Assembly (NCBI GenBank): GCA_963796965.1
Contig: CAWCNS010000004.1
Span: forward strand, 800,001 to 864,000
Length of the DNA: 64,000 nucleotides
Direction: 5' to 3'
Origin: Calditrichia bacterium
GTDB taxonomy: Bacteria > Calditrichota > Calditrichia > JAJRVZ01
Shown here in pieces: positions 57,839 through 64,000 of this stretch. A model generated the notes under the pieces. The model saw only the letters and a program-made list of their open reading frames with translations. It was not told the DNA's origin and did no database searches. Each line of letters opens with the position of its first letter. Positions within the stretch are counted from its first letter, which is position 1. Position numbers and translations under genes: made by a program.

Positions 57839-59911
57839 ATGAAATCTAGTTTAAAAAATATTAGAAATATTGGGATAATGGCCCATATTGATGCCGGTAA
57901 AACAACGACTACGGAGCGAATCCTTTATTATGCGGGTCGATTGCACCGAATGGGTGAAGTGCATGATGGTGCAGCCACAATGGATTGGATGGAGCAAGAG
58001 AAGGAACGTGGCATTACTATTACAAGTGCAGCGACAACGGCAGAATGGAACGGGCATCAGATAAATATTATAGATACTCCCGGACATGTTGATTTTACCG
58101 TTGAAGTTGAAAGATCCCTGCGGGTATTGGATGGTGCTGTGGCGCTTTTTTGTGCGGTTGGTGGTGTTGAACCGCAATCTGAGACAGTTTGGCGTCAGGC
58201 GGATAAATATGGTGTTCCACGAATTGCTTTTGTGAATAAAATGGACAGAATCGGCGCTGATTTTTACAATGTTGTCGAAATGATGAGAACCCGTCTGGGT
58301 GCTTTTCCTGTCCCTCTCCAGATTCCCATGGGTGAAGGAGATTTGTTTACTGGTCTGATCGATTTGATAAAAATGAAAGCGGTCATTTATAATGAAAGCA
58401 GCCTGGGGGCACTTTTTGAAGAAGGCGAAATACCCAAAGGGTTGGTTGAGAAAGCGCAAAAATATCGTACAGATATATTTGAAGCAGTGGCCGAATATGA
58501 TGAAGAACTATTGGAGAAATATCTTGAGGGTGCGGAGATCTCTGATAAAGAATTGATGTCTGCAATCCACAAGGCCACTATTGATGTGAAAATTGTTCCG
58601 GTCTTATGTGGGTCTGCCTTTAAAAATAAAGGTGTTCAACGCCTGCTTGATTCAATTATTGCCTACTTGCCGTCTCCGGATGAACTTGAGGCTGTAAAAG
58701 GAAAGCATCCACGCACTGGTGAGGTTGTCTTGCGTGAGAACAGCGTAGAGGATCCATTCTCTGCATTGGCCTTCAAGGTAATGACCGATCCCTATGTTGG
58801 GAAATTGACTTTTTTTAGAGTTTATTCAGGTAGCGCCAAGGCCGGGTCATATATTTTCAATGTGAATTCACAAAAGAAAGAACGGTTAGGGCGAATCCTG
58901 CAGATGCATGCGAACTCAAGGGAAGATGTCCAGGTCGTTCAAGCGGGTGATATTGCAGCGGCCGTCGGTTTTAAAAACACACGAACCGGTGACACGCTCT
59001 GTGATGAAAATAAACATATTATTCTGGAGTCAATGCATTTTCCGGAACCTGTTATTTCGGTATCAATTGAACCTAAGACCAAAGCGGATCAGGATAAATT
59101 GGCAGATTCTTTGGCAAAATTAAGTGAAGAAGATCCGACATTTCAGGTATATACAGATGAAGAAACCGGGCAGACAATTATTCGTGGCATGGGTGAACTT
59201 CACTTAGAAATAATTGTAGACAGAATGTTGCGCGAATTTAAGGTTGAAGCAAATGTTGGTCGTCCGCAGGTTGCATATAAAGAGACGATTACAAAAACGA
59301 CCGAGGTGGAAGGAAAGTTTATTCGTCAATCCGGTGGGCGTGGCCAGTACGGTCATGTTGTTATTGATCTGGGTCCAAATGAGACGGGTAAAGGCTTTGA
59401 ATTTGAAAATGCCATTGTCGGTGGTGCCGTTCCAAGAGAATATGTTAATTCTGTAAAGCAGGGTATCGAGGGTGCGATGAATAGCGGTGTGCTGGCTGGG
59501 TATCCTGTAAAAGATATTAAAGCAAAGTTGATTGATGGATCTTATCATGATGTCGACTCCAGTGAAATGGCATTTAAAATTGCCGGCTCAATGGCCTTCC
59601 AGGAAGGTTGTAAAAAAGCAGGGGCTGTGTTATTGGAACCTGTGATGAAATTGGAAGTTATAGTTCCGGAGGAGTATCTCGGTGATGTGATTGGAAATTT
59701 AAATGCACGCCGGGGGAAAATATCTGGGATTTTACCTCGAAAAGATGCGCAGGTGGTGGCAGCAATGGCGCCCTTGTCTGAAATGTTTGGTTATGCTACT
59801 GAATTACGGTCAATTTCTCAGGGCAGAGCGATTTATTCCATGCAGTTCTCACATTATGAACCTGTGCCCAAGAATATAGCAGACGAAATAATAGAAAAAG
59901 CAAAAGGTTAA
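57839..59911 (+). CDS. fusA: Elongation factor G
   Basis: [29 protein letters not shown]. Confidence 0.99.
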   Translation: MKSSLKNIRNIGIMAHIDAGKTTTTERILYYAGRLHRMGEVHDGAATMDWMEQEKERGITITSAATTAEWNGHQINIIDTPGHVDFTVEVERSLRVLDGAVALFCAVGGVEPQSETVWRQADKYGVPRIAFVNKMDRIGADFYNVVEMMRTRLGAFPVPLQIPMGEGDLFTGLIDLIKMKAVIYNESSLGALFEEGEIPKGLVEKAQKYRTDIFEAVAEYDEELLEKYLEGAEISDKELMSAIHKATIDVKIVPVLCGSAFKNKGVQRLLDSIIAYLPSPDELEAVKGKHPRTGEVVLRENSVEDPFSALAFKVMTDPYVGKLTFFRVYSGSAKAGSYIFNVNSQKKERLGRILQMHANSREDVQVVQAGDIAAAVGFKNTRTGDTLCDENKHIILESMHFPEPVISVSIEPKTKADQDKLADSLAKLSEEDPTFQVYTDEETGQTIIRGMGELHLEIIVDRMLREFKVEANVGRPQVAYKETITKTTEVEGKFIRQSGGRGQYGHVVIDLGPNETGKGFEFENAIVGGAVPREYVNSVKQGIEGAMNSGVLAGYPVKDIKAKLIDGSYHDVDSSEMAFKIAGSMAFQEGCKKAGAVLLEPVMKLEVIVPEEYLGDVIGNLNARRGKISGILPRKDAQVVAAMAPLSEMFGYATELRSISQGRAIYSMQFSHYEPVPKNIADEIIEKAKG

Positions 59912-59942
59912 ACCTTTCTGAAAAAGTTTTGGAGGAAAGCCA

Positions 59943-61133
59943 ATGGCGAAGGCAAAATTTGAGCGAACAAAACCACATGTAAACGTAGGAACTATTGGTC
60001 ATGTTGATCATGGTAAGACAACCCTGACCGCAGCGATTACGTTGCTATTAAGTAAAGAGGGTTTGTCGGAGTACCGTAGTTTTGACAGTATAGATAATGC
60101 TCCAGAAGAGCGAGAGCGTGGTATAACCATTGCCACTGCCCATGTTGAGTATGAGACAGCAAACCGTCACTATGCCCATGTTGACTGTCCTGGTCACGCA
60201 GACTATGTAAAGAATATGATTACGGGTGCTGCGCAGATGGATGGAGCGATACTTGTTGTAAGTGCTGCAGATGGTCCTATGCCTCAGACACGCGAGCATA
60301 TTCTTTTAGCCCGTCAGGTAAATGTACCGAGCGTGGTTGTATTTATGAATAAAACAGACCAGGTAGATGATCCTGAGTTGATTGAGTTGGTTGAGTTGGA
60401 GTTGCGCGAACTACTCAGTTCATATGAATTTCCTGGTGATGACATTCCGATCATACAAGGTAGTGCATTAGAGGCCTTGAATAATCCGGATGATGCAGAG
60501 AAGACAAAATGTATATTTGACCTTATGGCGGCGGTAGATGATTATGTCCCGACTCCTGAGCGTGATATTGATAAGCCATTTTTGATGCCGGTTGAAGATG
60601 TTTTTAGTATAACCGGTCGTGGAACAGTTGGAACGGGCAGGATCGAGCGTGGCGTTGTTAATGTTGGTGAAGAGGTGGAGTTGGTTGGAATGGGCGCCCA
60701 TCGAAAGACAGTTGTAACGGGTGTTGAGATGTTCCGTAAGTTACTCGATCGTGGTGAGGCTGGCGATAATGTTGGTTTGTTGATGCGTGGTGTTGAGAAA
60801 AAAGAGTTAGAGCGTGGTATGGTAGCGGCCAAGCCGGGAAGCATTAATCCTCATACAAAGTTTAAGGGTGAGGTTTATGTTTTGTCAAAAGAAGAAGGTG
60901 GTCGTCACACACCATTTTTTAATGGGTATCGTCCGCAGTTTTATTTTCGTACCACGGATGTGACCGGATCAATCCAGTTGCCGGGTGGAATCGAGATGAT
61001 AATGCCGGGTGATAATGTAACGATGGAAGTAGAACTTCAGAAAGAGATCGCCATGGAGAAGGAATTGCGGTTTGCAATTCGTGAAGGTGGTCGTACGGTT
61101 GGTGCTGGTGTTGTAACAGAAATTATAGAATAG
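59943..61133 (+). CDS. tuf: Elongation factor Tu, copy 2 (intact)
   Basis: Full 396-aa EF-Tu downstream of fusA. Confidence 0.99.
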   Translation: MAKAKFERTKPHVNVGTIGHVDHGKTTLTAAITLLLSKEGLSEYRSFDSIDNAPEERERGITIATAHVEYETANRHYAHVDCPGHADYVKNMITGAAQMDGAILVVSAADGPMPQTREHILLARQVNVPSVVVFMNKTDQVDDPELIELVELELRELLSSYEFPGDDIPIIQGSALEALNNPDDAEKTKCIFDLMAAVDDYVPTPERDIDKPFLMPVEDVFSITGRGTVGTGRIERGVVNVGEEVELVGMGAHRKTVVTGVEMFRKLLDRGEAGDNVGLLMRGVEKKELERGMVAAKPGSINPHTKFKGEVYVLSKEEGGRHTPFFNGYRPQFYFRTTDVTGSIQLPGGIEMIMPGDNVTMEVELQKEIAMEKELRFAIREGGRTVGAGVVTEIIE

Positions 61134-61206
61134 GCAGGGGCAGGTTCAGAACCTGCCCATACAAAATACAGGGTAGGTTTCGAACTTGCTCGTACTGTAC
61201 AAGTAT

Positions 61207-61230
61207 GGCGGTACTCGTACCGCCTTTTTT
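61207..61230 (+). terminator. Intrinsic terminator-like hairpin between tuf and rpsJ
   Basis: GGCGGTA-CTCG-TACCGCC-TTTTTT. Confidence 0.75.
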
Positions 61231-61254
61231 AACAAATTCTTATGGAGATTAATT

Positions 61255-61563
61255 GTGGCAGGACAAAATATTAGGATACGTTTAAAAGCATATGATCATG
61301 ATCTGATTGATAAATCAACAGATAAGATTATCAGAACAGCAAGGGCAACAGGTGCTATAATATCTGGCCCAATACCAATGCCGACCGATAGGACGGTTTA
61401 TACAGTCCTGCGTTCTCCACACGTTGATAAAAAATCGCGAGAGCAATTTGAGACACGGATTCATAAAAGATTAATTGATATTTTAAATGCAACCAATAAA
61501 ACAATTGATGCATTAATGAAACTCGAATTACCATCCGGTGTGGATGTCGAGATTAAAACTTGA
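61255..61563 (+). CDS. rpsJ: 30S ribosomal protein S10
   Basis: GTG start after [27 protein letters not shown]. Confidence 0.98.
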   Translation: MAGQNIRIRLKAYDHDLIDKSTDKIIRTARATGAIISGPIPMPTDRTVYTVLRSPHVDKKSREQFETRIHKRLIDILNATNKTIDALMKLELPSGVDVEIKT

Positions 61564-61579
61564 TTTTTTGGAGTTTGCA

Positions 61580-62200
61580 ATGAGTGGCTTATTAGGAAAA
61601 AAAATACGAATGACCCAAATTTTTGATGAAACCGGAAGATCAATTCCAGTAACTGTCATCAATGCCGGTCCCTGTTATGTTTCTCAAATAAAAACAGTAG
61701 AGAATGATGGATATAGTGCTGTTCAGATAGGATTTGGTGAATTGAAAGAGAAGCATGCGAAAAAACCTCAGATTGGTCATTTGAAGAAATCAGAATTGAA
61801 ACCGCTCAAGTATTTTCGTGAGTTTGATTTGCGGGCTGATCAGGAGATAAAAGTAGGTGATGAACTGAAAGCGGACTTTTTTGTTGAAGGTGAAGAGGTT
61901 GTGATTACTGGACTTGCGAAAGGGCGAGGTTTTCAAGGTGTTATGAAGCGACATGGTTTTAGCGGCGCAAATAAAACACATGGTCAGTCAGATAGATGGC
62001 GTGCACCTGGTTCAATCGGTCAGAGTTCTTCTCCTTCCAGAGTTTTAAAAGATATGAAGATGGCCGGTAAGATGGGTAATAATCGTGTAACGGTACCTTC
62101 TGTTGAGGTCGTTAGGGTAGATGCAGAGCGTAATCTGATTTTTGTAAAGGGTCCGGTTCCGGGTAGTGTAGATTCATTGATAGAGATAAAAAAAATATAA
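61580..62200 (+). CDS. rplC: 50S ribosomal protein L3
   Basis: GLLGKKIRMTQIF, KGRGFQGVMKRHGF, RAPGSIG. Confidence 0.98.
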   Translation: MSGLLGKKIRMTQIFDETGRSIPVTVINAGPCYVSQIKTVENDGYSAVQIGFGELKEKHAKKPQIGHLKKSELKPLKYFREFDLRADQEIKVGDELKADFFVEGEEVVITGLAKGRGFQGVMKRHGFSGANKTHGQSDRWRAPGSIGQSSSPSRVLKDMKMAGKMGNNRVTVPSVEVVRVDAERNLIFVKGPVPGSVDSLIEIKKI

Positions 62201-62227
62201 ACGAATTAGTATTACAGGTTTTGATCT

Positions 62228-62857
62228 ATGAAACTTAATGTATTAAATACAAGTGGACAGCAAACAAGCCGCACGATTGAACTGGCGGAAAAGGTTTTTG
62301 GCGTAGAGCCACATGACCATTCTATATGGTTGGATGTTCGTGCGATTCGAGCTAATGGACGACAAGGCACCCATAAATCTAAGGGCAGGTCAGAAGTTAG
62401 TGGTGGTGGTAGAAAGCCATTTCGTCAAAAAGGTACCGGACGAGCCCGCCAGGGTACTATCCGTGCACCTCATCATGTTGGAGGTGGTCGCGTTTTTGGT
62501 CCAAGTCCACGTCAGTATCGTGTCGGGGTCAACAAGAAAGTTAAAAAAATTGCCCGAAGATCAGCTTTAACTTATAAAGCAAAAGACAGCCATATTGTTG
62601 TAGTTGAGAATTTTTCATTTGAAGAACCAAAAACGAAAAATATAACAGATATCCTTAAGGCATTTGAGTTGGTGGACACAAAGGTTCTTTTGTTAACATC
62701 TGAGAATGAGTCAAATATTAGTTCATCTGCTCAGAATTTGCATAAATTGGCAGTCAAGGATTCTGTTACCTTCTCCACGTATGATGTTTTATGGGCAGAA
62801 AAAGTTTTAGTTCAGGAAGGCGCGCTTACAAAAATAAATGAGGTGCTTGCGGGATGA
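62228..62857 (+). CDS. rplD: 50S ribosomal protein L4
   Basis: RQGTHKSKGRSEVSGGGRKPFRQKGTGRARQG. Confidence 0.98.
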   Translation: MKLNVLNTSGQQTSRTIELAEKVFGVEPHDHSIWLDVRAIRANGRQGTHKSKGRSEVSGGGRKPFRQKGTGRARQGTIRAPHHVGGGRVFGPSPRQYRVGVNKKVKKIARRSALTYKAKDSHIVVVENFSFEEPKTKNITDILKAFELVDTKVLLLTSENESNISSSAQNLHKLAVKDSVTFSTYDVLWAEKVLVQEGALTKINEVLAG

Positions 62858-63153
62858 AAAAAGTACAGATATTAATCCGACCCCTTTATACAGAAAAAAT
62901 TGCTCGTCTCCAGGACAGTGAAAATAAATATGCATTTGAAGTATATAATGGGGCGAACAAGATCGAAATCCGTAAGGAAGTCGAAAAGCAATTTGACGTA
63001 AAAGTGGATAAAGTACAGACCATGAATGTTCGTGGTAAAATAAGACAGCAAATGACTAAGGCTGGAAGATTTCATGGTCGACGTCCGGATTGGAAAAAGG
63101 CTATTGTAACCCTTGCAGAGGGAAATAAAATAGATTTATTTGAGAACGCATAA
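62854..63153 (+). CDS. rplW: 50S ribosomal protein L23
   Basis: RPLYTEK, ANKIEIR, WKKAIVTL. Confidence 0.97.
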   Translation: MKKVQILIRPLYTEKIARLQDSENKYAFEVYNGANKIEIRKEVEKQFDVKVDKVQTMNVRGKIRQQMTKAGRFHGRRPDWKKAIVTLAEGNKIDLFENA

Positions 63154-63173
63154 TCCAGAGGATTTAAAATAAG

Positions 63174-63997
63174 ATGGGAATTAAGTCATTTAAACCAATT
63201 ACACCGGGACAGAGATATAAAACGGTTAGTACCTTTGATCAGGTTACGAAATCAGAGCCCGAAAAAAGTTTGACCAAGGGTTTACGCAAAAGTGGTGGAC
63301 GAAATAACTTTGGCGCAATTACTTCGCGGCATCGTGGCGGTGGTAATAAAAGAAAATACAGAGTAATCGATTTTAAAAGAAATAAGAGAAATATTCCGGC
63401 CAGAGTTGCATCAATTGAATATGATCCAAATCGTACTGCCCGGATTGCTTTACTGTTTTATGTTGATGGCGAGAAAAGATATATTTTGCTCCTGATGGAT
63501 TGAAGGTCAATGATATGGTTGAATCTGGGGAGAATGTCAAGATGCAGCCTGGAAATGCGTTGCCTCTTGAGAAGATACCTGTCGGTGTATCAGTTCACAA
63601 TATTGAAATACGTGAAAATAAAGGTGGTCAGTTAGCCAGAAGCGCAGGGACGGAGGTTCAGTTAATGGCGAAAGAGGGTAAATTTGCAATGTTGAAAATG
63701 CCTTCAGGTGAAGTTAGAAAAGTTCCTTTGAAATGCTATGCTACAATTGGTCAAGTCTCAAATGCAGATCATTTCAATATTTCGATCGGTAAAGCAGGCC
63801 GTTCCCGTTGGTTGGGTAGACGTCCTCATGTTCGTGGTGTTGCGATGAATCCTGTTGACCACCCTATGGGTGGAGGTGAAGGAAAGTCCTCAGGTGGCAG
63901 GCATCCTGTCTCTCCCTGGGGTCAGTTGAGCAAAGGTTTAAAAACCAGAAAGAAAAAGAAACCATCAGACGCTTTAATAGTAAAAAGGCGCAAGTAG
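63174..63997 (+). CDS. rplB: 50S ribosomal protein L2 (frameshift near 63490)
   Basis: [45 protein letters not shown]. Confidence 0.98.
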
Positions 63998-64000
63998 GGA

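Overview
AT-rich bacterial chromosomal window. E. coli-type sigma70 promoters, SD use, PNPFNP-type secretion CTDs and TBDR/PorV/GWxTD genes suggest a non-Bacteroidota FCB-related lineage such as Calditrichota or KSB1 (inference). Single-base indels split many genes, including essential ones (rpoB, rplA, rplJ, rplB), so most frameshifts are probably consensus errors. Left part: uvrB 3' end; a CarH/LitR-like HTH plus B12-binding regulator divergent from an ECF sigma factor, a 4x-repeated DUF4397-like secreted protein, a TonB-dependent receptor, a TIGR01777 gene and metH; gdh followed by two PPDK/PEP-synthase-like paralogs and saccharopine dehydrogenase; addB and addA separated by two exported-protein genes; and a minus-strand GWxTD / TBDR / CTD-cargo / PorV cluster. 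Right part: tig-clpP-clpX, a 6 x 195-bp non-coding tandem array, rpsT, then tRNAs-tuf-secE-nusG-rplKAJL-rpoBC-rpsLG-fusA-tuf-S10 operon start. Intergenic regions carry several REP-like palindrome families and heptamer-based inverted repeats, sometimes nested. No CRISPR array, transposase or rRNA was found.
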